A stretch of 64,000 nt of DNA from a bacterium BMS3Abin02. GTDB lineage: Bacteria; Actinomycetota; Acidimicrobiia; Spongiisociales; UBA4744. A program made the position numbers and the translations under genes. Where the stretch lies: contig BDSU01000003.1 in the NCBI GenBank assembly GCA_002897675.1, positions 19,449 through 83,448 of the forward strand. The letters run 5' to 3'. Below are positions 27,446-36,494 of the stretch, one piece after another (within the stretch, counting starts at the first letter, position 1; the number at the start of each line of letters is the position of its first letter). The notes beneath the pieces are model-generated. The model worked only from the letters and a program-made list of their open reading frames with translations. It did not search any database and had not been told where the DNA came from.

Positions 27446-28684
27446 TCAGGCCGGCTGGTCGTACTCTGCGACGTTGAGGGCAGACCAGACGACGGTGCGA
27501 GAGAGATACACGGCGAAGAGGACGATGAGGACCGGTCCGAGCCGGACGATCGTCAGCAGGCCGATACGATCGGCCAGGGCCGTGCCGAACAGGGCGCCGA
27601 ATGGGACCGTGCTCCAGGCCAGGCCGCGTCCGGCGGCGCTGACTCTCCCGAGCAGATGCTGCGGAGTGTAGAGCTGGCGCATCGTGAGGAGACTCACATT
27701 GGCCCACACGAGCCCGGCGAAACCCACCGCCAGGATGCTGGTAACGACCAGCAGGTTGCTCGACCAGGTCAGGCCGAACATTCCGAGGCCAAAGATCGCG
27801 AATCCGAACACGTACGTGCGGCCGATCTGGATGCGGCCGATGACTTTCGAAACGCTGATCGCTCCAATGATGCCACCGGCACCCATTCCGACGAAGAAGA
27901 TCCCGAGTCGAGCCGGATCGTCCGTCCCGAGAAGCTGAGCTCCGATGAGCACGAGCGTTGCCTCGATGAAGCCGGTGACGAAGTTGGCCAGACCTCCACC
28001 AAGGGTGGTCAGGCGGATTCTGTGTTCGGACCACAGGTGCGCCCATCCTTCCCGCAGGTTTTCGAAGAAATGATCGCCGGGAATGAGGGCGCGCTTAGGA
28101 AGGCGAGACAGATACATGAACGACAAGGCCGACACGAGGAATGTCATCCCGTTGAAGGCGAACGCGACGGAGAAGCCGGCGCCCTTCACGATCAGTCCGC
28201 CGGTGAGAGGTCCGAGCAGGAAAGCGATCTGTTGAGAAAGTGAGAGGCGTCCGTTTGCTCGAGTCAAACCCAGTCCGGCAGCTATCGACGGGATGAACGC
28301 CTGCAAAGAGGCGTTGAATGAAGCGGCGAGACTTCCCGCGATGAACGCAAACGCGAAGAGACCCCATGTCGTAAATGTGCCGCCACGAACCATGATGGCA
28401 AGTGAGAAGAACGCGGCGGCTCGCGCCAACTCGTTGCTGACGATGATCCATCGCAGCCGGTATCGATCCAACAGCGTTGCGCCGACAAAACCGAAGATCA
28501 GCGTGGGGAGGTTCTCGGCAGCAGACAGGATGCCGAAGGCGAACGCCCGCTGCGAAAGCTCGGCGAGAAAGAGTGGGACCGTCAGGTACGCGACGTAGTC
28601 GCCAAACAGTGAAACTGTCTGTCCGGTCCATACGATCGAGAAGTTCCGGGCAGGCGGAACCCTCCTGTGCGTGCCTTGGCTCAC
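27446..28684 (-). CDS. MFS transporter
   Basis: 412 aa with 12 TM segments and an MFS motif region (…GATLLDRYRLRW…). Confidence 0.85.
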   Translation of the reverse strand: MSQGTHRRVPPARNFSIVWTGQTVSLFGDYVAYLTVPLFLAELSQRAFAFGILSAAENLPTLIFGFVGATLLDRYRLRWIIVSNELARAAAFFSLAIMVRGGTFTTWGLFAFAFIAGSLAASFNASLQAFIPSIAAGLGLTRANGRLSLSQQIAFLLGPLTGGLIVKGAGFSVAFAFNGMTFLVSALSFMYLSRLPKRALIPGDHFFENLREGWAHLWSEHRIRLTTLGGGLANFVTGFIEATLVLIGAQLLGTDDPARLGIFFVGMGAGGIIGAISVSKVIGRIQIGRTYVFGFAIFGLGMFGLTWSSNLLVVTSILAVGFAGLVWANVSLLTMRQLYTPQHLLGRVSAAGRGLAWSTVPFGALFGTALADRIGLLTIVRLGPVLIVLFAVYLSRTVVWSALNVAEYDQPA

Positions 28685-28744
28685 GATTCACCAGCCTAGT
28701 GGCGGACCCACATACGATGCCTGGATCTGGTGAATGATGGAGGC

Positions 28745-28995
28745 ACCTCGTACCTCGCACTTCGTGTTTCGTATCGCGGCCTCAGGTCGGTGCACGACCG
28801 CGGGCCGGCCTCTATTGGTCCCCCCCAGGGAGCGAAGCGACCGCAGGGGGGAAAGTACCGCAGCGGCTTTGCGCCGGGGTAACGGGGTTCTTCCCCAAGG
28901 GAGCGAAGCGGCCTGTTTCTCCCCAGCGAGCAAAGCGAGCGTTGGGGAAGTACGGCGAAGCCGGAAAGGAGATCGGCGAAGCCGGAAAAGGGAGG
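28745..28995. repeat. composite GC-rich intergenic repeat element, copy A (minus orientation relative to copy B)
   Basis: 28812-28887 (ctattggtcccccccagggagcgaagcgaccgcaggggggaaagtaccgcagcggctttgcgccggggtaacgggg) is near-identical to the reverse complement of 41414-41490. Degenerate sub-repeats follow. The flank 28745-28811 matches the reverse complement of 41491-41560. Confidence 0.6.
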
Positions 28996-29194
28996 AAACT
29001 ACGGCGGTCGCTTCGAGTCGGGGTAAGGAGATCAGGGCCTCAGAGAGTGCGCTTCGGGGTTCACGTTCGATGCGGTGTGACCCGGTCGAAGAGGGCGCCT
29101 CGTTCGGCTCTCGGGGATCTTCCGTGCCTGAGAAGCGCACTCCAAGGAATTGATTCGCCTATGAATCGGGCGCTCGGGTAGCCTCGGTGGCGTC

Positions 29195-29488
29195 ATGAGC
29201 GATGTAAGCGAGATCCCCGAACAGGTCGGAGAGCTGATCGACCTGTCCAAGCAATACCTGCGGGAGCAGACCATCGAGCCGGCGAAGCGGCTCGGAAGGG
29301 TCGCGGGGATGGGTCTGGGCGCCGCGGTATTGTTCTCCATCGGGGCGCTTCTCCTTGCCGTCGCCGGAACGAGGTCGCTGATCCGCGTCCTTCCGGATGG
29401 CGACCTGTGGAGTGCGCTTGGTCTGTTCATCTCCGCCATCGTCCTTTCCGGAATCGCCGGTCTGATCATGTGGAGGGCAACGCGCTGA
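29195..29488 (+). CDS. holin-like small membrane protein (actinobacterial 'phage holin' superfamily-like, 2 TM)
   Basis: 97 aa with two hydrophobic helices (GLGAAVLFSIGALLLAVAG and LGLFISAIVLSGIAGLIMW). Confidence 0.45.
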   Translation: MSDVSEIPEQVGELIDLSKQYLREQTIEPAKRLGRVAGMGLGAAVLFSIGALLLAVAGTRSLIRVLPDGDLWSALGLFISAIVLSGIAGLIMWRATR

Positions 29489-29679
29489 TGGTCGAACGAG
29501 CAGACATCGAAGCAAAAGCTCGAGAGATCGAGCAGGCTCTGAACGAGACGAGAGAGAGCGTCCAGCAGAAGGGCGTCGTCATCGCCGTCGCGGTGATCGC
29601 CGTTGTCGTGCTTGCGTTCGTGATCGGCCGCCGTCGCGGAAGCCGATCGAGGGCGGTCGTGAAGGTCTACCGTTCCTGA
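29488..29679 (+). CDS. small DUF3618-like protein (N-terminal charged helix plus C-terminal TM)
   Basis: 63 aa. The ATG overlaps the stop of the holin-like gene (TGATG). It has a C-terminal TM segment (VVIAVAVIAVVVLAFVIG). Confidence 0.4.
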   Translation: MVERADIEAKAREIEQALNETRESVQQKGVVIAVAVIAVVVLAFVIGRRRGSRSRAVVKVYRS

Positions 29680-29990
29680 GGTTCGAGCCGGATCTCGAGA
29701 GAGTCGCCCGGCCGGAGACGCCGCTCATACACCAACGCATCGGCGCTCGGCTTTCGTAGCCAGTTGAGCCCCAGGAGCGCCGCGCCGATCAGGAGCAGGC
29801 GAACGTCACCTGTTCGTAGACCTCGAAGAGCGCTTCTTACGGCGATGCGACCCAGTTGCATGGAGTCCAGCGTAGTTGCGAAGCCGGCATCCGTTACACT
29901 CCGGAGACTTCGCCCTGCCACCGTCGGGACCGGAATCGGAACGACGCAGGTCCACAAGGCGCGTAGAGTACGGGCATGCTCAATGACACC

Positions 29991-30077
29991 ATGAAGAAGA
30001 TCGTGATCTGGGTGATCGTCCTTGGGATGGTCCTGTCACTCGCCGTCGGGCTCGCTGCGCTGGTGTTCTCTTCGTGA
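29991..30077 (+). CDS. 28-aa hydrophobic micro-ORF MKKIVIWVIVLGMVLSLAVGLAALVFSS
   Basis: Not in the ORF table because it is under 60 aa. Its TGA overlaps the GTG start of the ThiS-like gene (GTGA). It encodes a single predicted TM helix. Confidence 0.25.
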   Translation: MKKIVIWVIVLGMVLSLAVGLAALVFSS

Positions 30078-30268
30078 AGGTCGTGCGCCGCCACCCTCGA
30101 CGCGAGATCGACATTGAGGGGCCGACGACGGTGCGTGCCCTTCTCGAACACCTGGACATCGTCCCAGAGACGGTGCTGGTTATCCGCGGCAGCGACCTGC
30201 TCACCCGCGACCAACGGCTCGCGGCGGACGACACCGTGGAGTTGCGGCCTGTTATTTCGGGGGGCTGA
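30074..30268 (+). CDS. ThiS/MoaD-family ubiquitin-like sulfur-carrier protein (TtuB/CysO-like) ending in Gly-Gly
   Basis: 64 aa with the C-terminal sequence …VELRPVISGG*. Its stop overlaps the ATG of the PP-loop gene (TGATG). Confidence 0.65.
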   Translation: MKVVRRHPRREIDIEGPTTVRALLEHLDIVPETVLVIRGSDLLTRDQRLAADDTVELRPVISGG

Positions 30269-31158
30269 TGCGCTGTCGCGTATGCAGAGGGAACGCGGCG
30301 ATCGAGGTGAGACGTCACAACGCGGCGTTCTGTCCGGACCACTTCATCGAACATGTGCGCAGGCAGGTCGGACGAACGATTCACGACTACGCGATGTTCC
30401 ACGCGGACGAGCGTCTCGCGGTTGGTGTGTCGGGAGGCAAGGACAGTCTCGCGCTCTGGGATATCCTGCATCACCTCGGCTATCGGGCAGAAGGCATCTA
30501 CCTCGACCTGGGCATCGGGGGCTACTCGAAGGACAGTCTGACACGAGTCCAGACCTTCGCCGAGAAACGGGATCTGATTCTGCATTCGATCGGCCTGGCG
30601 CAGCAATACGGCTTCTCGGTTCCCGATGCGGCAAAAGCGACTCGGCGCACGGCCTGCTCCGCATGCGGGCTCTCCAAGCGGTACATCCTGAACGAGGAGG
30701 CGGCGCGCCGAGGTTTCGACGTTCTGGTGATGGGACATAATCTGGATGACGAGGCTGCGACGCTGTTCTCCAACGTTCTCAACTGGAATGTGGAGTACCT
30801 GGGGCGACAGCGCCCCGTCCTCCCGGCTTCGGACGGTTTGGTCAAGAAAGTGAAGCCGTTGATTCGCGTCGCCGAACGCGAGACCGCGGCGTACGCGATT
30901 CTCTCGGGAATCGACTACGAGGTCGAGGAATGTCCAATGGTGGAAGGCAACACGGTCAATCGTCTCAAGGAATGGATGACCCTGCTCGAACAGCGCTCGC
31001 CCGGAATCACTCAGCACTTCCTTGGAGGCTTCTTCGACAGAGTCTCGGATCTCTTCGCGGTCGAGATTCCCGACCTGCATCCCTGCTCGGACTGCGGAAG
31101 GCCAACCACCGGGGAACGGTGTGCATTCTGCCGGCTTCAGGAACGAGCGATGCAATGA
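30268..31158 (+). CDS. TtuA/NcsA-family PP-loop ATPase (tRNA 2-thiolation enzyme-like)
   Basis: N-terminal zinc finger CRVCRG…CPDH, PP-loop GVSGGKDS, central CSAC…C cysteines consistent with an Fe-S site, and a C-terminal zinc finger CSDCGRP…CAFC. Confidence 0.8.
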   Translation: MRCRVCRGNAAIEVRRHNAAFCPDHFIEHVRRQVGRTIHDYAMFHADERLAVGVSGGKDSLALWDILHHLGYRAEGIYLDLGIGGYSKDSLTRVQTFAEKRDLILHSIGLAQQYGFSVPDAAKATRRTACSACGLSKRYILNEEAARRGFDVLVMGHNLDDEAATLFSNVLNWNVEYLGRQRPVLPASDGLVKKVKPLIRVAERETAAYAILSGIDYEVEECPMVEGNTVNRLKEWMTLLEQRSPGITQHFLGGFFDRVSDLFAVEIPDLHPCSDCGRPTTGERCAFCRLQERAMQ

Positions 31159-31928
31159 CATTCGAAACGGGAGATCAGTGTCTGCTGGTCGACTCCAAGG
31201 GAAGGTGCTATCTGCTCATGCTTCGAGAAGGTGGTGAGTTTCACTCGCACCTTGGCGTGGTTCCGCACGCAGACCTGATCGGGGTACAGGAAGGTTCTCT
31301 GGTCTCGACGGGGAGCGGGAGGAAGTTGCTGGCCATTCGCCCACGGTTCGTGGACTACGTCCTGAAGATGCGCAGGGGGGCACAAGTCGTCTATCCGAAG
31401 GACATTGGTCCGATCCTCGTCTACGGAGATATCAGGCCCGGCAGCATCGTCGTGGAAGCAGGCACCGGATCCGGCGCTTTGACCATTGCTCTCGTACGTG
31501 CGGTCGGGCCGAGTGGACGTGTTATCAGTGTCGAACGTCGTGAAGATCACGCAACGCATGCTCGGCGCACGATCGAACGATTCTTCGGTGAGATCCCCTC
31601 GACCCTCGACCTGCGCGTCGGGGATGTCGAAACCGAAGCCGAGACCGTACACGCGGACCGGCTCGTTCTCGATCTTCCCGAACCGTGGCACATCGCTCGC
31701 GTAGGCGGCCACCTGGAGTCCGGAGGCATTTTGATCGCATACCTCCCCACCGTGCCACAGGTGCAGACACTCGTGGAAACGATGCGAGAGGTCGACTCAT
31801 ACGCGCTGATCGACGTCTTCGAGACGCTGCACCGCAGCTGGAAGGTCGAAGGACGATCGGTTCGTCCCGATCACCGAATGGTCGGGCACACCGGCTTCGT
31901 CGTCATTGGACGGCGTACCAACACATGA
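31155..31928 (+). CDS. trmI: tRNA (adenine58-N1)-methyltransferase (TrmI family)
   Basis: SAM-MTase motif VVEAGTGSGALT and Gcd14-type architecture. ATGA overlap with the ttuA-like stop. The 332-aa table ORF is extended 5'. Confidence 0.8.
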   Translation: MTFETGDQCLLVDSKGRCYLLMLREGGEFHSHLGVVPHADLIGVQEGSLVSTGSGRKLLAIRPRFVDYVLKMRRGAQVVYPKDIGPILVYGDIRPGSIVVEAGTGSGALTIALVRAVGPSGRVISVERREDHATHARRTIERFFGEIPSTLDLRVGDVETEAETVHADRLVLDLPEPWHIARVGGHLESGGILIAYLPTVPQVQTLVETMREVDSYALIDVFETLHRSWKVEGRSVRPDHRMVGHTGFVVIGRRTNT

Positions 31929-31935
31929 GTCATGA

Positions 31936-31961
31936 GTGAAGGCCCCCTGCGGGGCCTTCAC
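31936..31961. terminator. perfect 11-bp GC-rich hairpin between convergent trmI and ferredoxin genes (bidirectional terminator candidate)
   Basis: gtgaaggcccc-ctgc-ggggccttcac. Confidence 0.45.
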
Positions 31962-31984
31962 TCGGACCTGTTGCGGCCGGTGAT

Positions 31985-32230
31985 CTATGGCTCGATGAAG
32001 ATGCACTCTCCTGGGCATTCTTCTGCAGATTCGATAACCATCTCATCCTGTCCTGCAGGGACAACGGCAATGCCCTGAGCCCCTTCCGCGTTGCCTTCGG
32101 ACGCAGCAAAGATCTTGTCGCCCTCTTTGACATAGGCGAGTCCGTCATCCAGCAGCACGAAAACATCCGGGGCGATCTCTTCGCAGAGGCCGTCACCTGT
32201 ACACAGATCTTGGTCGATCCAAACCTTCAT
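31985..32230 (-). CDS. small ferredoxin (single Cys cluster: CxxDxxC…CP)
   Basis: 81 aa, [24 protein letters not shown]…[11 protein letters not shown]. Confidence 0.75.
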   Translation of the reverse strand: MKVWIDQDLCTGDGLCEEIAPDVFVLLDDGLAYVKEGDKIFAASEGNAEGAQGIAVVPAGQDEMVIESAEECPGECIFIEP

Positions 32231-32326
32231 AGCTCAGGAGCTCCTTGTGTGTTGCAGGCATGCTACCCAAATTCGTGCTCTCCACTAAGTGCAGTCTCGG
32301 CACCGCCGTATACTCCGCGCGAGCCC

Positions 32327-34024
32327 ATGACCGACGTCGAGCAACTCAAAGCAGCCGTTGCGCATCTCGAGGCGGAGATTGCGTCCCTCAGATCGGAATC
32401 GAATCGCGTCCGCAAGCTGGAAGGCCGGCTGTCCGAGACCGAGACGCAGCTCGAGCGGGCAAGATCCCAGAACGAGCGGATGGCAGAACTGCTGGGCGAG
32501 GCGCGAGAACAACTCGCCATGCTTCGCCGCGAGATCGAGAAACTCGCAGCTCCTCCCAACCAGTTCGGAACAGTCCTGCAGGTCAACGCCGGCGGAACCG
32601 TGGACATCGTCAGTGGTGGTCACAAACTGCGTGTGACGGCTCAACCGAGTATCGAGGTCAAGCAGCTCCAACGTGGCCAGGAGGTCCTGCTGAACGAGGC
32701 GATGAATATCGTCGACGTACGGCATTTCACCGTGTCTGGCGAGGTCGTGACCGTCAAGGAGCGCCTCGAAGAGCAGCGCCTCCTCGTCCTTGCGAGAGGA
32801 GACGAAGAGCGAGTCGTGGAGATTGCAGAACCCCTCGAGGAGGAGTCCTTCCGGGCCGGCGACGCTGTACGCCTCGACACACGTACCGGACTCGTGTTCG
32901 AAAAGCTCTTGCGCCCCGAAGTCCAGGAGCTGATCCTCGAAGAGGTCCCCGACGTGACCTACGACAAGGTCGGAGGGCTCAGGGAGCAGATCGAGATGAT
33001 TCGTGACGCCGTCGAGCTCCCGTACGTACACAAGGAACTCTTCGCCGACTACGGACTCGAAGCCCCGAAAGGAGTGCTGTTGTACGGGCCGCCCGGCTGT
33101 GGCAAGACACTGATCGCCAAGGCAGTCGCCAACAGTCTTGCCGAGGCGGTGGCCGCTCGTACCGGGCGCACCGATATCCGCTCACACTTCCTCAACGTGA
33201 AAGGCCCGGAACTGCTCAACAAGTACGTCGGTGAGACGGAGCGTCAGATTCGATTGATCTTCCGCAGGGCCAAGGAAAAGTCGGATCAGGGAGTCCCGGT
33301 CATCGTGTTCTTCGACGAGATGGACTCGTTGTTCCGCACCAGAGGCACCGGAGTGTCATCCGACATGGAGTCGACGGTCGTCCCTCAGTTACTCTCGGAA
33401 CTCGACGGTGTGGAGAGCCTCAAGAACGTGATCGTGATCGGGGCATCGAATCGTGAGGACTTGATCGACCCCGCGATCCTTCGGCCGGGGCGTCTCGACG
33501 TGAAGATCAAGATCAACCGGCCCGACGAGACGTCCGCTCGTGAGATCTTCCGCATCTACCTCGACGGTGCTGCACCGCTGGACAGGAAAGAGCTCGAGGA
33601 AGCAGGAGGTGATCGTGAGGCGATGCTCTCCGCCATGATCGATCACACCGTCGAGCGGATGTATGCGCAGGACGACACCAACAAGTTCCTCGAGGTCACA
33701 TACGCGAACGGTGATCGGGAACTGCTCTACTTCAAGGACTTCTCCAGCGGCGCGATGATCCAGAACATCGTCAGCCGGGCCAAGAAGGAGGCGATCAAAC
33801 GCGAGATCGCCGGAGGGCCGAGAGGGCTGCGGACGACCGATCTGCTGAGCGCGATCGCGAGCGAATTCGCCGAACACGAAGGCCTTCCCAACACGACGAA
33901 TCCGGACGACTGGGCGAAAGTCTCCGGCAGGAAAGGGGAGCGCATCGTGTACGTCCGGACGCTGATGCGAGGTGAAGACAAGTCGAAGAAGATCGAGGCC
34001 GTCACGACCGGTCAGTACCTGTGA
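32327..34024 (+). CDS. mpa: proteasome-associated AAA ATPase Mpa/ARC
   Basis: N-terminal coiled coil, Walker A GPPGCGKT, and the C-terminal GQYL proteasome-docking motif. The start is taken at the internal MTDVEQL. Confidence 0.95.
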   Translation: MTDVEQLKAAVAHLEAEIASLRSESNRVRKLEGRLSETETQLERARSQNERMAELLGEAREQLAMLRREIEKLAAPPNQFGTVLQVNAGGTVDIVSGGHKLRVTAQPSIEVKQLQRGQEVLLNEAMNIVDVRHFTVSGEVVTVKERLEEQRLLVLARGDEERVVEIAEPLEEESFRAGDAVRLDTRTGLVFEKLLRPEVQELILEEVPDVTYDKVGGLREQIEMIRDAVELPYVHKELFADYGLEAPKGVLLYGPPGCGKTLIAKAVANSLAEAVAARTGRTDIRSHFLNVKGPELLNKYVGETERQIRLIFRRAKEKSDQGVPVIVFFDEMDSLFRTRGTGVSSDMESTVVPQLLSELDGVESLKNVIVIGASNREDLIDPAILRPGRLDVKIKINRPDETSAREIFRIYLDGAAPLDRKELEEAGGDREAMLSAMIDHTVERMYAQDDTNKFLEVTYANGDRELLYFKDFSSGAMIQNIVSRAKKEAIKREIAGGPRGLRTTDLLSAIASEFAEHEGLPNTTNPDDWAKVSGRKGERIVYVRTLMRGEDKSKKIEAVTTGQYL

Positions 34025-34077
34025 GGAGATCCGAGATGCTCGTTGCGCCCTCCCAGTCATTCCTGGTTTCCTAGCCG

Positions 34078-35547
34078 ATGGCCATTCCGAAGGTGCTCGG
34101 TACCGAGACCGAATTCGGAATCACGATTCGTCACCGGGCGGACTTCGACCCCGTGCTCGCCTCGGGACTCGTCGTCAACGGCTCTTCGGACGGATTACGA
34201 GTGCGGTGGTCCCTCGCCGAGGAGTCTCCCGGGCGCGACGCGCGGGGACGATCGTTCGGTACGGGCGTCGCGCTCGATGCGGAGACCCTCAACGTCCTGC
34301 TTCCCAACGGAGCGCGGATGTACGTCGATCATGCCCACCCTGAGTACTCGACGCCCGAATGTCTGGACGCCCGCGAAGCGGCCCTGCACGACAAGGTGGG
34401 GGAACTCGCCATGGCACGCGCGGCGAAGGAGGTGCAACGGATCCTCGCGCCAGGGGAGACGATCTCCATCTACAAGAACAACAGCGACGGCAAAGGCAAT
34501 TCATACGGGGCTCACGAGAACTATCTCGTGTCGAGAGTCCTACCGTTCAACGACATCGTCCGTCACCTGACAACGTTCCTGGTCACCCGCCAGGTCTTCA
34601 CCGGTTCGGGGAAAGTCGGGGCGGAGAACGGGCGGACCCCGGTCGACTTTCAGATCAGTCAGCGAGCCGACTTCTTCGAAGAGCGGGTCGGATTGGAAAC
34701 GACACTGCGACGCCCCATCATCAACACAAGAGACGAACCGCACGGCGACCCCGAGCGGTTCCGCAGGTTGCACGTCATCATTGGGGACGCCACGCGCTCC
34801 GAGATTCAAACCTATCTGAAACTCGGAACGACGTCACTTCTTCTGGCGGCAATCGAGGACGAGGCCCTTCCCGACGATCTCGAACTTCTCGATCCCGTGG
34901 CAGCGACTTGGCAGGTGAGCCACGACATCGGTTTGGGTCGGTCTCTACGGCTCGCGAGCGGCGGTTCCGCCACCGCGCTCGAGTTGCAGTGGCAATACCT
35001 CGATTGGCTCTCGAAGTACGCGGAGGCATCATCGGCCGACGAGGTGAGTCGCGACGTCTTGGTGCACTGGGAGGACGTCCTCCATGACCTCGAAGCGGAT
35101 CCGATGAGCACCGCCGACCGTCTCGATTGGACCGCAAAACTGAGGATCATGCGGGCATACAGAGATCGGGAGCACATCGACTGGGGCCATTCGCGCCTGA
35201 AAGCGCTCGACCTCCAATACCACGACGTCGACCCAAGCCGGGGATTGTATGACCGTTTCGTCGAGAGGGGTTCGATTCGGCGTCTTTTCGCCGACACCGA
35301 AGTGGCCGATGCGCTGCACCATCCCCCCAGGGGTACGAGAGCGTATTTCCGGGGTCGCTGCGTCAGTGAACATGGCGATGCGTTGGTGGCCGCGAACTGG
35401 GATTCGCTCGTGTTCGATACGGGCGAATCCACATTCAAGAGGGTGCCTATGATGGATCCGCTACGAGGAACGGCGGAACGAGTAGGTGCACTCCTCGATA
35501 CATCATCGAGCGCTGCCGATCTCCTCGAAGTGCTAGGAGGTGACTGA
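34078..35547 (+). CDS. dop: Pup deamidase/depupylase Dop
   Basis: Pup-ligase/deamidase fold (GTETEFG…). It is longer than the PafA paralogue (489 vs 452 aa), and it has the expected position between mpa and pup. Confidence 0.8.
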   Translation: MAIPKVLGTETEFGITIRHRADFDPVLASGLVVNGSSDGLRVRWSLAEESPGRDARGRSFGTGVALDAETLNVLLPNGARMYVDHAHPEYSTPECLDAREAALHDKVGELAMARAAKEVQRILAPGETISIYKNNSDGKGNSYGAHENYLVSRVLPFNDIVRHLTTFLVTRQVFTGSGKVGAENGRTPVDFQISQRADFFEERVGLETTLRRPIINTRDEPHGDPERFRRLHVIIGDATRSEIQTYLKLGTTSLLLAAIEDEALPDDLELLDPVAATWQVSHDIGLGRSLRLASGGSATALELQWQYLDWLSKYAEASSADEVSRDVLVHWEDVLHDLEADPMSTADRLDWTAKLRIMRAYRDREHIDWGHSRLKALDLQYHDVDPSRGLYDRFVERGSIRRLFADTEVADALHHPPRGTRAYFRGRCVSEHGDALVAANWDSLVFDTGESTFKRVPMMDPLRGTAERVGALLDTSSSAADLLEVLGGD

Positions 35548-35727
35548 ATGAAAGAGAACATCCGAAAGCCCCGCCGGAAGCAGGAGGCCGCCGAAGACAC
35601 CGATGTCGCCTTCACTCCCGAGGTGCACACCGAAGAGATCGACGGTCTACTCGATGAGATCGACGAGGTCCTCGAAGAGAACGCTGAAGAGTTCGTCAAG
35701 AACTACGTCCAGAAGGGCGGAGAATGA
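35548..35727 (+). CDS. pup: prokaryotic ubiquitin-like protein Pup (C-terminal …QKGGE)
   Basis: 59 aa, MKENIRKPRRKQEAAEDTDVAFTPEVHTEEIDGLLDEIDEVLEENAEEFVKNYVQKGGE*. It is absent from the table because it is under 60 aa. Its stop overlaps the prcB ATG. Confidence 0.85.
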   Translation: MKENIRKPRRKQEAAEDTDVAFTPEVHTEEIDGLLDEIDEVLEENAEEFVKNYVQKGGE

Positions 35728-36494
35728 GAGACGAGTTCGGAAAGGGTGTGAGCTTCACCGACCTCCTCGCCTCCCTCGAGATGACGCCGAAGTGGGAGAT
35801 TCCGGCGACGGAGCACTCTGCACTCGACGCTCCCGTGGCCACGACCGTCCTCGCTCTGCGGTACGGCGACGGTGTGGCGATGCTCGGAGATCGCCAGGCT
35901 ACGGAGGGACACTTCGTTGCCCACCGCAGAATCCAGAAGGTCTTCCAGGCCGACCATTTCTCCGCCGTTGCGATCTCTGGCACCGCCGGTATTGCCGTCG
36001 ACCTCGTCCGTCTCTTCCAAACCGAGCTGGAGCACTACGAGAAGCTGGAGGGCACACGCCTCAGCCTCGACGGCAAGGCAACCTACCTGAGTCGAATGGT
36101 CCGCCAGCAGCTCCCTTTGGTGTTCCAGGGCCTTGTCGTCGTTCCGCTCTTCTGTGGATACGACGAAGAAGAGCGTACCGGACGTCTCTACACATTCGAT
36201 GTGATCGGCGGCCGGTACGAAGAGCACGAATACGGAGCCACCGGCTCGGGCTCTCGCGATGCGAAGGGGTACCTGCGATCCGCGTACCGGGCCGATCTCG
36301 ACGAATCGGATGCGTTGGACATCGGAATGCGCGCACTGGTCACTGCCTCTCAAGAGGACACGGCGACCGGCGGACCCGACCTCGCTCGCGGCATCCTTCC
36401 GAATGTCGTGACCGTCACGGCGGACGGGTTCATCGAGGTCGAATCGGACCAGGTTGCAGCCCTGGCCTCCGCAGCACTGGGAGACATCCGATGA
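35724..36494 (+). CDS. prcB: 20S proteasome beta subunit with propeptide
   Basis: Ntn-hydrolase fold, with the Thr1 context …DAPVATTVLAL. Confidence 0.9.
   Translation: MRDEFGKGVSFTDLLASLEMTPKWEIPATEHSALDAPVATTVLALRYGDGVAMLGDRQATEGHFVAHRRIQKVFQADHFSAVAISGTAGIAVDLVRLFQTELEHYEKLEGTRLSLDGKATYLSRMVRQQLPLVFQGLVVVPLFCGYDEEERTGRLYTFDVIGGRYEEHEYGATGSGSRDAKGYLRSAYRADLDESDALDIGMRALVTASQEDTATGGPDLARGILPNVVTVTADGFIEVESDQVAALASAALGDIR

Noticed and set aside
29980-31161. 393-aa minus-strand ORF
   Set aside because: It is antisense to the clearly recognisable ThiS-like and TtuA-like genes, and its composition is artefactual.
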